This document shows, one piece after another, positions 11,201 through 25,229 of a stretch of 64,000 bases of DNA. A model generated the notes under the pieces. The model saw only the letters and a list, made by a program, of their open reading frames with translations, did not search any database and was not told the DNA's origin. The DNA is taken from contig NC_058368.1 of assembly GCF_018350175.1 (NCBI RefSeq), forward strand, positions 68,078,001 to 68,142,000, in the 5' to 3' direction. Source of the DNA: Felis catus (taxonomy: Eukaryota). The translations under genes were made by a program, and so were the position numbers. Positions within the stretch are counted from its first letter, which is position 1. Each line of letters begins with the position of its first letter.

Positions 11201-14200
11201 TGTTAATTTGATTGATTGTTGCTTTCTCTCTTGTATAATTTCATTTCTTAGATGTGTCTACTAAAGAGTACAGTCAGTGTTCTCTGCTCAGCCTGAGCTG
11301 GCATGTATGGTCGCATTTGAAGTCCAGGGAAATGATATTTCCAGTCCTTTTAGCTTGAAGACTTTACATTTTCTATCACAAAGTGGTTTGGGGGCTTAAA
11401 TTCCTAACCCTCTAAGAAGCCAGATAAAGCAGATATGCGGTAGGTTCAATGGTAAATTATAGGTGCTAGGTAGACTCTTTTTGCTGTCAGAATAATGCAG
11501 GGCTTGTGTTTGGGGAAAAGCATGAATTATTTGACAAATCACAGTTTATAAAATTCGGCTATGGTTAACCACTGTGTATTACCGGATTTCACAGAAATAT
11601 TTTTCTGTTGTCAATTTAAACCCCTTAACAGATAATAAACCCTGACAGAAAGGCATGGTAAAATCTAGGGGCTCATTCATAGAATCTGAATTGACGTTGA
11701 TCACTGTGCTTCCACAATTTGATGTAGTGTGCCTGCTGGGTGTTCGCTGTCTGAGACAACATTGCGGCTAGTGTCTTAGCGTCGCTGTGAATATTAGCAG
11801 CTTTGGGCTCTAATTTGGGGTATTACCCTTTTTAGTTTGAGGAAATATCACAATCTTTAAATTTCCTACCGATGAAATTAGAATAACCCTAATTTCTAGC
11901 TTCATGGGAGTTGTGTTTATTTGAAATGTAATACAGATGTTTCCCCGGGGTCTCACCAGCATGGGGGATACACGGGATGTCACGTGTAAGTTAAATTCAA
12001 ATACAATTGCTCCCTTTGCCTGGAAAACTGTACTAGGCGAACTCTCTCTCCTTTCTGGATTCTTCAAGATAAACTCCTTTGGCTAATATTTTTCCAGGAC
12101 AGTGCTTCCATGAACCGCTGATGTCAGGCTGGGCACTGGCTGGCTCTTTGCTCGCTGCAGAGAGCTGACTTCAGGTTTTCCTGGGACCCCAGTCCTCACT
12201 GTCGCCATGACTGGAGCCTGCATTCCAAGTAGCTGCTTGTTTGGGCAGCTGAGTCCTGCTGCTATCATGCTGCCCTTTCTGCTAGTCTCAGAGGGCCCTG
12301 CTCTTCTCTTTATCACCTTGGATTTCCAGTCATTACCTACAGCACGAGGTCAGAGATGGCCCAGGGGAAGATCACCACCCAGACCAAATTCTCATTGGCC
12401 ACTAGCAATGGCGACTCTCATAGGTTATAGTCTTGTTCAGCCCTTCCAGCTGAAGCTGCTTCCCTGCTCAGGCAAATCATGTTGCCCTGCTTGACCACAG
12501 GGTATGCTTTTGCCAGCATCCTCCTGCCTGCTTTCATCTTTCAGAGGTATGTTTCCTCCACTATTTATGTCTACCCTTGAGGTAGATTCCTTCGGGTCCA
12601 GTCCTAAGAGAACAATACCAAGGAAGAGTATGGAGTTCCCCTCTTCCCAGTTTAGTCCCACCCTCCAAGTCTTGCTGTTTGAAACTCCAAAGGTGACTGA
12701 CAGTGAGTATGTCCAGTTCCTTCAGATCCCACCCTCTATTCATAGGGTTGTGGTTTTCACTTTTCCCCAAATAACACAGTCATTCTCCAGACAGCTGTAG
12801 TCCTGCAATTCTAAACCTCTTCCTCATGTCTTCTTCTAAATTACAAAAAGAAAAGGTCCTTTAATGTAGACATTTCTGAATATCTGCAGATTTCATTTTT
12901 ATGTACTGCCGTGGGTTGGACTTCCTGGGTGAGCTTTGTCATGACAGGTCTAGTTCTTTTTCTAGGTTTTTCTGCCATCTGAATGTTCTCAGGCTCTGCT
13001 TAAGCTATGAGCAGGCAGCTGAAATACAATATACCCTTGCGCCTAAGAGGGAGTGATGGTTGGCAAGCAATATTTTTCCAATTAGAAGATCGTGTTCAGA
13101 GATACAAATCTTGCCTATTATATAATCATCTTTCGCAGACCCACTTAGTTCCTCAAAGCCCCAGCTTCTCTAAGTTTCCACTGTACAATGTTTTTTTTTG
13201 TTTTACATTGGCATAATTCTGTGTCTACACCTGTGTCTTTCCCAAAACAAAGGCCTGGTCAGCACTAAGTACATTCCACTCATCTCATTTCATCCCTCAT
13301 GGTACAAGCTCTGAAATTGGTTGGGTTTTTCCCCTTTAGATCACAGGTTCTAGTCTGGCTACCTAGAAGAGGGTGTTACTCTACCCCCTCCCAGCACAAG
13401 TCCTGGAAGTAGGATCTTCCATTTCTTTTTGCCTTTTCCCCTATACGTTTGGAACTCAAAACATTTGCCAAAATGTACTTATCCTTACCAGGGCCAAATA
13501 GTGTGCTCTCTTATGTAAGAACTAATAGATTCATAAAGTCCTTCAAAATTATGCCTAATGAAGCCTGTAGAAATATGCAAATTGCCTTAGTGGGCATAGA
13601 TTCCATTTACTACATATTTTAAATTGCTGACCTAATTCCGAGAAACTTTATTGTAGGATATTTAATGATGTATGTCATCCCATCTTGGACAAAAAATGAG
13701 AAATTTTATTTTTCCTCTTATTCCTATGTTCTTTTACTTTTAAATAATTATTTCTCTAGTATATTGTTAATAAAGGAAAAAACGTTATATTGAATTATGG
13801 CTAAAATTCAAATATATTATTTGAATTATTTACTGTTTTGTAGCCTTAGCATTCTCCTCTGAATTTAGAAGTTTATTTGTAATTCAGTGATATTATAATC
13901 AGACTTACTCTGAAGGCACTAAAAGTGCTAGAAAATAAAAGTTTCCTGGACCCTGATCAGGATGAAATCATCAGCTTCTTCGTAGTAAATGTTCTTTAGC
14001 AAAAGGTCACCAAACTCATCTTCATTCATATAAAATGTGGGAAGAAATGAGAAGAAAGTAAGAGGACAAAAATGAGAGAATCAAAATTACTTATAATTAT
14101 ATCTCTATGCAGTAATAATGACTTTATTACTATGTTGCGTATGTGGCCTGACATTCTAAATGAGCTGTATGAAATTAATACCAATAAGACCATAAAGACA

Positions 14201-14679
14201 ATTATGGGCAATTGTATAAAATAAAAGGTCTTTAAGCTCTTTTTAAAATATTGAAAATCGTAAGTGAAGAGAACATGGCAATTTTGCCTCCTCTTTTTGA
14301 CTTTAAATCCTAAGTAGGCTTATTTAGCTAATAAATAGTAAGAAAAGTGAAGCTGGGAAGTAGCCAAAGCCACAGATTATTGAAATTTGTCCATTTTTTA
14401 AAAAAGCATTTTCCACTTCTCTGTTCTGTTTTTATTTGAGGTAAAATGATTGGGTGATAATAAAATTCTCAGCTCTAATATAAAAAAGAGCCCACAACCA
14501 AAAGTTGTACTTCACGTTCTAGTTCTTCAACCAAGTGAGGGTGATACCTTTCTATGGCGGAGAAGATCATCTGAATATTGCTCTATTTTCCAAAGCTAGG
14601 CAAGAATGTCTGCGACTAAATTTTGACCAGGAAGATTGATTACCTGCTGCATTTTTAAAAGAATCCTATAATTACCAAC

Positions 14680-15073
14680 TGTTATGGGCTGAGGTGTTCC
14701 TCCCTCTCCCAAGTTATATGTCGAAGTTCTAACACCAAGTACTTCAGAATGTGACTGGATTTGAAGATCATCTTTCGAGAAATGATTACATTAAAATGAA
14801 GCTATTAGGAGGGAACCTAATCCAATATAACCAATGTCCGTATAAGAAGAGAAAATTTGAACACACAGTCACACAGAGAGGCAAGAGGATGTGAAGGGAG
14901 ACAGGTTGAGGATGGCCATCTACAAGCCGAGGAGAGAGGTCTCAGAAGAAATCAACTCTGCCAATGCCTTGATCTCAGCCTTCCCGCCTCCAGAATTGTG
15001 GGAAAGTAAACTTTTGTTGTTTAAGGCACTTGGACTGTGGGACTTATTATGGCAGCTTTAGCCAACTACTACA
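14680..15073 (+). mobile_element. Solo MaLR LTR (MLT1A/B-like), complete
   Basis: TG...CA termini, cagaatgtgact and cctccagaattgtg motifs, perfect 5-bp TSD ccaac (14675, 15074). Confidence 0.92.
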
Positions 15074-17169
15074 CCAACCAGCTTTTTTCTTATTTTGCTG
15101 CGTGTCAACCCTAATTATCACCATGATTGCCTCAGCTCCCTGCCTTCCTTGACCAGTGGCTGCCTTGGCCTTAGGTTCAGTTGTCCATATGGCTTCCTCA
15201 GTCACCCTTGCTTTCCAGTCAGATGACTTGATTGGCCTCCTAATACTGGTCAAGTTCACTCAGCCTTGAAGACTGTTCTGAAGGGTACAGATGCCTCCAT
15301 ATCATAGTCCCTTTTGTTGCTGGTGGCTTTCCTCTCTCATATTACCAGGTCTTGACCTTGCCAACTCAGTGGAGATCCATGATTCCCTTCCCAAGCCCCT
15401 TATACTTTCTATGAAGTTTTGTTTTGTTTTGTTTGTTTTTTTTGGTGCATGATCTGATCCCTAGATAGGATTAACTTTACTTTGATTGCTTTTATGAGGA
15501 TTGAACATTATTTATCTTTTAGGTACGTATCATATTCCAATTTGTACACCAGTATTTTTGGTTCGTGTTTTATCTCTCCTGTAAGATTGTTAGTACTTTG
15601 ACTAATTCTCATTGTAAATTATAAGGAGGTTAATTGAAAGAATTCTCGATTCGATGCCTTTTTTTTTTTTTTTGATCAAATAATGCCTGTTTGCAGTTAC
15701 AACTGAGCTGTGTTGATGGGCAGAGCCCTTGTTATCTGCCTCATTTAAACTTTTTGCCTTTGTCTCCAGGTGAATTTTCAAACCTATCCTCTGCCCAGTC
15801 CATCTTATTTCCTTTCTTCTGAGGGTGTCTGTATTTGATGCTAAACTGTCCCGTGAAGCACTATGCAGTTTTAAAAGTGAACATTCAAAGTGTGATGCTT
15901 ATATCGGACCAACAGCTCACGTGGTTTAAGAAGAAAATTGAGAAAATGGGGGTCCTTACGCATAACTTCCTCTCATTTCCCGTCCATTCTTTCCCCAAAC
16001 TTGACCAGATTGTTTTTCATATTTTCTTTTTTTCCTTCTATGAATTATAGAAGCGTCTTATTCCCTTTCTAGGTGAATCTCTCCATGGGGTCTGTCTGTA
16101 TTCTTCATGATTCTGGTTTTGCATAAACTCATCTGCATGAAATACCTCCTCTCTCGGGTTCACCTGACACACTGCCCATCCCACAAGGTTTGGCTCCAAC
16201 TTCTTTGGAAGACCTTCTCAGACTTTCAAGGACATGTGGGTTCTCCTTTGCCAATGTGTTCTCTTCAGTTTGACATCCAGCCATGAAAACAAAAATTTTA
16301 TGGTAATCGTCTGTAGCCCCACTAATCTATAAGCCCCCTGAGGACAGGGAGGGACAAACATGACTAGAAGTTCCTCACACATTGCTTCAGGGAACCCAGG
16401 GAGAATTCCATCACTCCTTAGATTCCTCAAGCCTTACTTCCAAGCAGGTTCTTTCTTTAAACCTGTCAACAAGCTCTGGTTTTATCACCAAAACAAAACA
16501 AAACAAGAGAGGGAAAAGAAAAAGAAAAAGAAAAAAAGGAAGGAAAAAAACTCCTTTGTCTGGTCTTCCTCTAAGCCACCACCAAAGTCTCCAGTGGTCA
16601 GACCTAAACAAAAAAATCACTAATCCTCTACACTTTATTTCTTATTCATTGCTCCGTCCACCAAATCTGTCCTTAACCGTCTCAGCTCTCCTGGCTTGCT
16701 TTTGTGAAGGTTGAGTGAACCCAGAGGTGTGTCAGACTCTTCTCAGGCCATGTTTGGCTGATCTGTTCACAGCAGGGGACTCTGGGTTGACCTCTTCTTT
16801 GGATCTTGAATCCCTTTAGCTGTTACAATGCTGCTCTTTCCTAATTCTTTCCCTTCTCTTTGTCAATCTCTCTGGATATTTCTGCCTCAAGCTAGAATCC
16901 AGAACACCAGAATCCTAATCCATGGCTCTTTCTACTTACATTATTCCCTTTGCTTTACATTTCCCTAGGACACGGTCATTTGTTTTTATCAAAAAGCCTT
17001 TCCAGCTTTTTTAATCTATTGAGATATTCCATCAGTTCAGTGGGTGGGTAATCGAAGGTCGACATTATCATTTCCTGGTCTAAATTTGCGGCTCCCCTGT
17101 CTGGCGAGATTTCGGAGTTTAATTGTTCAAATTATAAGGTATTTATCTGTACTTTTGTATAAATCTGTA

Positions 17170-17387
17170 TTTTTTATTTTGTTTAATGTTTGTTTATTTT
17201 TGAGAGAGAGAAAGACAGATCACTAGTGGGGGAGGGGCAGAGAGAGAGGGAGACACAGAATCTGAAGCAGGCTCCAGGCTCTCAGCTGTCAGCACAGAGC
17301 CCGACAAGGGACTCAAACTCACAAACTGTGAGATCATGACCTGAGCTGAAGTTGGACACTTAACTGACTGAGTCACCCAGGTGCCCC
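17170..17387 (-). mobile_element. SINEC
   Basis: Full body; flanks aaatctgtattttt / aaatctgtgttttt. Confidence 0.95.
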
Positions 17388-17399
17388 CAAAATCTGTGT

Positions 17400-17614
17400 T
17401 TTTAATTTTTTTTTAATGTTTATTTTTGAGAGAGAGAAAGAGAGAGAGACAGAGTGCAATTAGGGGATGGGCAGAGAGAGAGGAAGACACAGAATCCGAA
17501 GCAGGCTCTGAGCTGTCAGCACAGAGCCTGATGTGGGGCTCGAACCCATGAACTGGGAGATCATGACCTGAGCCGAAGTCCAACGCTTAACCGACTGAGC
17601 CATCCAGGCGCCCC
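17400..17614 (-). mobile_element. SINEC (tandem with previous)
   Basis: Full body; flanks tgtgtttttaa / tgtatttttaa. Confidence 0.95.
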
Positions 17615-17733
17615 TGTATTTTTAAATTACATTTCACATTTACAACAATGTCCAGTATATCATGCTGTGTTTAAAGTACTGTATATAGTTATCAGTGTCA
17701 TTTCTCTTTTGCCTAAAAAACACATAAAATACA

Positions 17734-18139
17734 TGTCTTTGGCTGAGATTTTTTCCCTTCAATTCATATGTGGGAGCCCTAACCCCTAGTACCTTAGAAT
17801 GTGACTATATTTGGAGATTGGGTTTTTAAAGAGCTTGTTAAGTCAAAATGAGGCCTTTAGGGTGGGCTTTAATTCAATCAGACCGGTATCCTTATATGAG
17901 GAGGAAATTTGGACACACATAGAGATACTACGGATGTGTGCACAGAGGCAAGACCATTTGAGGACACGTCAAGAAGGCAGCCGTCTGCAAGCCAAGGAGA
18001 GAGACCTCAGGAGAAACCAGGGTGTGCCGACAAGTTGATCTTGGACTTGAACCCCCAGAACTGTAACAAAATAAGTTTCTGTTGTTTAAGTCACCCAGTC
18101 TGTCCTATTTTGTGGTGGCAGCCGAGCAAGTTAATGTAA
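17734..18139 (+). mobile_element. MaLR LTR (MLT1B-like)
   Basis: ccctaacccctagtaccttagaatgtgactatatttggaga...tgcaagccaaggagagagacctcag...aataagtttctgttgtttaagtcacccag. Confidence 0.88.
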
Positions 18140-18883
18140 CCTCATGGCAAAAATAAACACTCAAATATATTGATTGATAAATTTCAAAATGGAGGATATT
18201 AAAGTTGGGGAATAAAGTCCTTCTTTTTCTTTTCTATTCTTCTCTTTTAGCTGCTCCTGTTATCCTCACAAATGCACTGTGGGGTCAGAGCTCAGGGCAG
18301 TGGTCTAGAAGGCCATGGTGGATACTAAATATGCCACGAGAGCATTCCTCGAACGACTTGAGACACCTTGTGGTCGACTTCCTTGTTGTCACTTTACTAA
18401 CCTCTTTGTAGTTTTGTTCCTTGAGTGCTGGTTGCTGAGTTTACCAACTCACGATTCCTCCCCACTCCTTCCCGTATTTCTAGACCATGACTATTGTCCT
18501 GCATGCTGTTAATTTTCTCTCCTTCCTGGAGGTCACCCTGATTCCCCCGTCTACACCAATCTCTTCCTTCTCTATCCTTGGCCCTTTGTTCATGTTGTCC
18601 ATGAGGTGGCTTCCTAGTTGCTGAGTGTCATCATCAGCTGTTTTCATTGTTCAGCCCCTTCAATGTTTTGTCTTCCTTGCCTTCAAGGAATTTTATATTT
18701 TCTGGATGCAAGGACAGCACTATCACTTCTTTCACTCCTGTCCTTCCCCACCATCACTGCTTTGTCCCTATCCCAGAGGGGCTAGTGTTATCACTGAACA
18801 CATGAGGATTCTTAGCACTTGAATTAAATTAAGAGGTTTCCACAATTCTGATTCCTCACGACTGATCAGAAATAGGGTAGGTA

Positions 18884-19093
18884 GAGGTGCCTGGGTGGCT
18901 CAGTTGGTTAAGCATCTGACTTCGGCTCAGGTCATGATCTCGCGGTTCATGAGTTTGAGCCCTGTGTCGGGCTCTGTGCTGAAGCTCAGAGTGTGAGCCT
19001 GCTTCGGATTCTGTGTCTCCGTCTCTCTCTGCCCATCCCTTGCTCACGCTCTGTCTCTCTTTCAAGGATAAGTAAACATTTAAAAAAAAAAAA
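18884..19093 (+). mobile_element. SINEC
   Basis: Full body, poly-A, degenerate TSD agaaatagggtaggtag / agaaataagcttggtag. Confidence 0.95.
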
Positions 19094-19844
19094 AGAAATA
19101 AGCTTGGTAGGAACTATCAACATTTGTTTTCTGAAATGAACGGAATGTCTGAATGCAAAGACAGATTATTATGCTAGATTAAGCCTTTGCCTTTTCTTGT
19201 TTGATATCTTTCTTGCTCTAGTCAGTTCATGATGTGCCAAGGAAAAGCAAACTGCTATTGACTATTCAATACATCGGATGGAAAGACCCTGAAATTATTT
19301 AAGGGGAACTTTTGTTTCCCCAGTAACTCTGCTGGGGATACTTCTCATGTTAAAAAAGTATGAGGATTGGTCTCTCTTCTAATTTTTCTTTCTTGCTTGT
19401 GTAAATGCACAATAAATTCCTTTGACAGTCAGAGGCACAGACAAATGTTATTGGAAATCTCCAACCTGTCTTAGGGAGGAGTAACACTTTTAACAGTGAA
19501 CTCGCCGGGGGACACTCTGTTATGATGTCATGACTTTTTACTCTTTACAAATGTCAGCAACATTCATCTTTTAAGAGTTTCACTGCTCTAAACATATATT
19601 TCTTTCCACTTGTTCATTCATTCAGTATATACTCCACTGTGTCAAGGGACTGATGTCTGTATTGAGTTCCAGCTGATTCTTGTGTCTCCATATACTCTAT
19701 TCGTTGTATAACAACTTGATTTCTTTCCTCCTCCACTTCTGGTATATAAAACAAGAGTATTTTGTAGGTTTAGTATATACACAAATTTAAATCATATTCT
19801 GACACATATCTCGGGCCATGACTTAGTATTTCATTATGCTGCTT

Positions 19845-19970
19845 ATTCTCATGAGAGGTTCTTATTTTACAGAAAAGGTCCAGGAAGGTGAATCAACTTA
19901 TTTAAGGTCTCATAGCTGATTAGAGGTAGAACTAGGATCCACACCCAGATCTCCTACCTTCTAGTCTTGT
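19845..19970 (-). mobile_element. MIR
   Basis: attttacagaaaagg...aaggtctcatagct...agaggtagaactaggatc. Confidence 0.65.
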
Positions 19971-20699
19971 GTTTTCTTTTCTCTCTCACTTTTTCTTATT
20001 TGGCTCATGTTGAACCCATATGAGCTCATACTGAGGGAACTATTTGGACTAAATTATCTTGTTCACATTTCTTAATGAGAGGAGTTGGCTTACAATGAAC
20101 ACCATGTCAATAAAAATGTATTGAGTCCATTGAAAGACCTTACAACTGTTTCAGACCAATAATGTCTGTACATGGGTGATGCTAATGAAACTTCTCAAGA
20201 ATGTTGAGAATCATCATGTGTATGGTCCGGTGGTTCAGAATTTCAAGGCCTTTTCTGGTTTAAAATATTGATTCCAGATGGCCTCTAGAGCAGGGGAGCC
20301 TTCAGTGGTTTCAACTAAAGAATCTCAGCAAGACTATAGCCATGAGGAATGAACCCTGTGCACAGGGACTATGAAGTAGATTAATAAATCCTTTCACTGA
20401 CCAACCCCCCCCCCCAACTTTTCTCCAGCACTTATTACTAGGTAGATGAAAAATAGAGTGAACTTGAAAATATTAAACATGCTTTTTGGGGGAAGGGTGA
20501 GAGGATAACCCAGAAAACAATTGGAGCGTTTGTTGTGCTGCAAAATAAAGCTTTCCACTTGGTAGGACATGGGGGGCCATTGACTCAAAGACTGCTCCTC
20601 ACTTGCTCATTCTAAAGTAGAGCTTTCCAGTTGGCAAATCTTACCCATGAGCACAGAGGCCCCATTATTATTATAAAATAATGAACAACACGGAAGCAC

Positions 20700-21900
20700 A
20701 AGATAGCTGAGGAAAGTCTTCAACGTTAGAGAAAGACCTGTAAAAAATATAGGAAAACTGACTGTAAAGGAAACAGGTAATTCAGAGTTCAGAACACGTG
20801 GAAAATTACAAGAAAAGTTATCATCAGTCTCCTCACAGAGATTTAAGATAGTACATCCATAAAAGGAATAATATACTGTAAAAGTGAATAATCAGATAAG
20901 GAGAAAGAGCTCCTGAAAAAAAAAATATTATTGATATACAAACTACAGTAGGAGATTTGGAGGTTAAAATTTAGGGGGTCTATAAGGATGGAGAATGAAA
21001 AGACAAGAGACTGGAAGTGTGAGAGAAAGATAAGGGACATAGAATTCAATCTGGAATGTCCACTGTTCAACAAATAGGAGTTTCAGGAATAAGTAACTGA
21101 AAAAAGTTGATGGGAATAAATCTTTTTTTTAAATGTTTTATTTTTGAGGGGGAGAGAGAGAGAGAGAGGGAGAGAAAGTGAGAGGGGGAGGGGCAGAGAG
21201 AGGCGGGGGGGGGGACGACAGAGGATCCAAAGAGGGCTCTGTGCTGACAGCAGCGAGCCGATGTAGGGCTTGAACTCACAAACCCTGAGATCATGACCTG
21301 AACTGAAGTCGGATGCTTAACTGACTGAGCCACCCAGGCACCCCGATGGGAATAAATCTTATATAAGAAAGTTCCCAGAGTGAAAACTCGTCACAGATTT
21401 TCACATTGCAGATAGGGTTGAGCAGAGTAACAATGCCTTCTAAAAATTTTTGGATATCAAGTTTAACAGAGAGAATTAACCTTGTTAAGACCTAAAAGAA
21501 AAAAAAAAAGTCCAGTTTTCCTCCCACTGTGCTCGTTAGCACACTGGATCCTAGAAGTCAATGGAACATTGACTTTCAAACCTGCATTAAGAGATTTTTA
21601 GTCAGGAGTTCTATATCTTGATAAATTATCAATCAGGAGGCCAGGATGAAGTCGTTTTCAGACATGTACTCCGAGAAAGTTACTTGATAATGCATAGCAG
21701 CAAAAAGAGGGTAAGATTTTTTTTTTAAAGTGTGGGTTTTAAAAAACAAGGCATCCAAGGGAGATAGAAAAATTGAAGGGTGACAGTTGAAGGTAGCTCA
21801 CCAAGGGAGGCCAGATCGGAGAAGAGAAAAAAGATCTCAGGAGGTGGGGTTCTGAGAAAATGGTGGATTCAACATAATAAAAGGTACAATTAACAGGGAG
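20700..21900 (+). mobile_element. HAL1 / L1 ORF1-like remnant, interrupted by a SINE
   Basis: A-rich; cctcacagagat...catccataaaa...gaaagagctcctgaaa...aataggagtttcag...ctagaagtcaatggaacattgactttcaaa resemble HAL1. Confidence 0.65.
21125..21344 (-). mobile_element. SINEC
   Basis: Perfect 16-bp TSD gatgggaataaatctt (21109, 21345). Confidence 0.96.
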
Positions 21901-24900
21901 AAAAACATTTGAGAATATAATGAGAAATAGACCATAAGACTAAAGTTGAAATTCTAAAAAAAAATTTATTTTTTTATGGTTCAAATATGAAACAACCAGC
22001 CCTCATTAGATTAGGACATTACTGGGCTTCAAGAAAAATGGAAGAGGCTCCAACAGAAAGAATGAGTGAACTGGATGATATTAGGGACAAGGTGAGAAAG
22101 TCCTACTTCTAACAAGAACAAAGAAAGGAAGCATATAGGGAAGTGCCATGTAAATGTAACGCACACTAAAATCCTGGCAAATTTTGAGTAATCATGGGCT
22201 TAAAAAAAAAAAAAGGAATCATTCTTTGAATGTGTTTCTTCAAAAGTTTATTTGTTGGTTTCTTTATTGTTTTTCCTTACTAGAATGTCAGCACCGTGTT
22301 GGGCTGGTTCACCCCTCTGTACCCAGCTTGTAGAAGAGTGGCCCATGATAGGTATGCTGCTGAACTAGAAACGTACACTGGCTCCCCATGGTTCTCATTA
22401 AAGACAATGCCCTTTCCTAGGAAGTGCTCAGTTTCTGGTCTTGATGACTTAATTCTAGTTATAGGACAGAATACAACTGTTGTATTTCTTGATAGTGTTG
22501 GCCCTGGGACTATAAAAGTGATTATCATCACAGATTACACTTACATAGTGTGTCCTATGCTCGTGACACTCCTCCAAGTATATATATATATATGTATAAA
22601 CTCATTTACTTCTTACTGTAAACTGCTTTCACTGCTATCATTCCCATATTATGGACTTTCATTTATAGCTGGAAGAAGCTGATGAGAGAGGTGGAGAAAA
22701 GTATAGACTGTGGGGCAGAAGCTTCTTCTTTATACCATAGATCCTCCTGGACTACTTGCTGTTTAAATCATGGGCAAGTACACTTTGAGCAAAATTTAAA
22801 AACAAATTACCATTGCAGTGAGTACACAGGGCTGGGGTGTATAAATGGAAGGACTGTGTAATTTGAGGCAGGTAGACCTTATGACTTTTCGGAAATGACC
22901 GGAGTTGTAGCCTGTATCACATGGCATGTGGATTTCAAAGCAGTAACTGCTTATTCTGGCATGGTCCCTGATGTGGGAACAAGCCCAAAAAGGAAGTTTT
23001 ATTAGAATGAAGACTTCCCACTAATGGACATTACATGTTTAACGAGAATTGATTTATAGTCGTGAGGTTTCACTCTTGTTTTTGTGAGCCGAACAAGATT
23101 GGAACATCCAGAATAGCCTAATAATTAAGTGAGTCATCTCAATTTCTTGTGACTAAAATCTGGAAATTTCTGTGTTCATATGGAACACAAATGGGTTTGT
23201 ACGTCATTGACATTTTATACTAAGCTTTCTGGGTTCAGTGTGATACCTAAACGAAAGGGTTTCTTCTGTAGGACTATACTGGATAAAGTTCAGCTTTTTT
23301 AGGCAATAAAAAGATTTGAACATGACCAAGTATACAATTATATGATATATAAAACAGATACTGCTACTGTGCTATTTATACATGTGACATCTCTCTGGAT
23401 AGTGATGTGAGATGAAGTTTCATCTGCTAGTTTCTTATAAATAGACTGAATGGATGGCGTCTGCTGAAATAGCATTTTTAGAGATTTTTTTTCTCATTTT
23501 CAAACCGTACTAAGCGCGTAAACATATTCTTTGAAGATCAGAAGATTTAGCACATACTACACCCTGTCTAAGCTGTAGCATAATCTAAATTTAAGGAGAG
23601 GTTGTTAAAAAAAATAAGGGTATCAAGTGTAGTGAATGACCTCGGTGTAGTTAGGGGTCGGCTGTAGAGTCAGAAATGAATTACCCTGCATTAGAGATTC
23701 TTGATGCTACAATGGGTTGTGGAAATTGGAAAGAAATAGGTAAAAATAATAGGTCAAACCTATTACACTGGCCTTTCTTTGGCGTAATTTTGTGCTGAAA
23801 AGCATTGAACCAGATATCACCCAGTGTTTACTGAAGAAGAAAACACTGAAGCTATTACGTTTTTTATGAAATAAAACAATCAGTTGAGCAAAAAGTGTGT
23901 CAGAGGAAGGCTTGACATCCGTATTGGTAACCAGAGTATATGACAGCCAAATATGATTGTTCATTTATATTTAACATTTATGTTTTTTAAAAGTACTTTG
24001 AAGTCTTACAGATTATATTTTGTTAAACCTAAAACTCCTTCTTGAGAGAGCAACTAAAATCCGCTATTACCCAAACATCTCCTAGTAAAGACTTCAAATA
24101 AAGCCCCGCAAGAGTACGCAGTGCTATATATTTTTCTTCATTCCACTTTGGTAGAAGTAATAAAAAAAATGATAATGTTAAACTTTTTGAAATAAAAATA
24201 TTTTATTTATGGAATTCATGCTAGATGGCTATCAGTCTTAATATCTACATCTTTTATAAAAAATGAGTCCCAAAGTAAGTTAATAATTTTTTTATGTGTA
24301 GGATTTCTTTTTAGGCCAGTGAACTGAGGCTGAATTTAATCAGCAGTATCTTACTCTGCATACTGACCTATCCAATAGTAACACCTTCAAATATGTATGC
24401 TTTTCTGTGACTGCTGCTATTTAATAATGAAAGAATCCTCTATCTGTGAGAAGACCCGTGTGGGGTTGCAAGTGGGAGTAGTTTTCTCCCTTCATAATGA
24501 TAAGGGAACATGATTGACAAGGTCTGTGGTATGACCTCCCTCTGAAAAAAAGAATACTTGGCACTCCTAATGGCCTTGAACTAGACTTCATTATTCCTAT
24601 TCCAGAAGTTTCTGTTTTACTGTATTCATACATGCTTTGGTAGTGGAAAAGAGGAGGCATGTTGAGGGGTCCAGGAGGGCTGTGGGGGGTGAGATCCATT
24701 AGTTGAAAGTGGAATGTTCTTGATGAATTCTTGTTCTCAGCACTGGCATGGATGTTAGGGTGCACCAGGGCAATGGTGAATTCTCCTCATTCCATGAATG
24801 TGGAGAAACTGAGTTCCACAAAGGCAAGCAGTTTGCCCTCTAAATGTAGTCCTTTTGCTTTCTTTAGTTCAGTTAGTGGGGCTAGTATCAACCTCATTAT

Positions 24901-25229
24901 CCAGTTAGAAATCTGAAACACCTTTGTTTCTAGGTGTTCCCAGCTTGTGCATTTTCTAGCCACAGTCCTCAATATCTGGTCTCCAGGTAAGGACACTCAT
25001 GAAAGCATCAACTTCTGCTTTAGTCTCATTCGACAACTTTACCAGCTGAAGGATTTCTGGGTGGAGCTCACTAACATGGCAGGGTCATCCGCTTTCCTGC
25101 ATCCTCTGTGTTCGTAACTATCCCAAGTCAATCTTTTCCTCCATCCCACTTCCTCATTCATTTTCCCTTTTGTGTCTCAATTCTCAGTTCCCAGAAGGCC
25201 TACCCTTGTGTGCTATCTCCAGAAATGTT

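Noticed and set aside
12080..12800. GC-richer block with several overlapping ORFs
   Set aside because: No domain or splice support; probably an old LTR, but I could not assign a family
13909..14019. Minus-strand 111-nt exon-like segment (pyrimidine tract, aga|gtaagt donor; peptide EFGDLLLKNIYYEEADDF...)
   Set aside because: Stop codons in all three frames before the donor, weak acceptor, peptide not recognised
15510..16080. Further YAG|GT motifs (15522, 15769, 16073)
   Set aside because: Expected by chance in T-rich DNA and lacking the extended pyrimidine context seen at 63012
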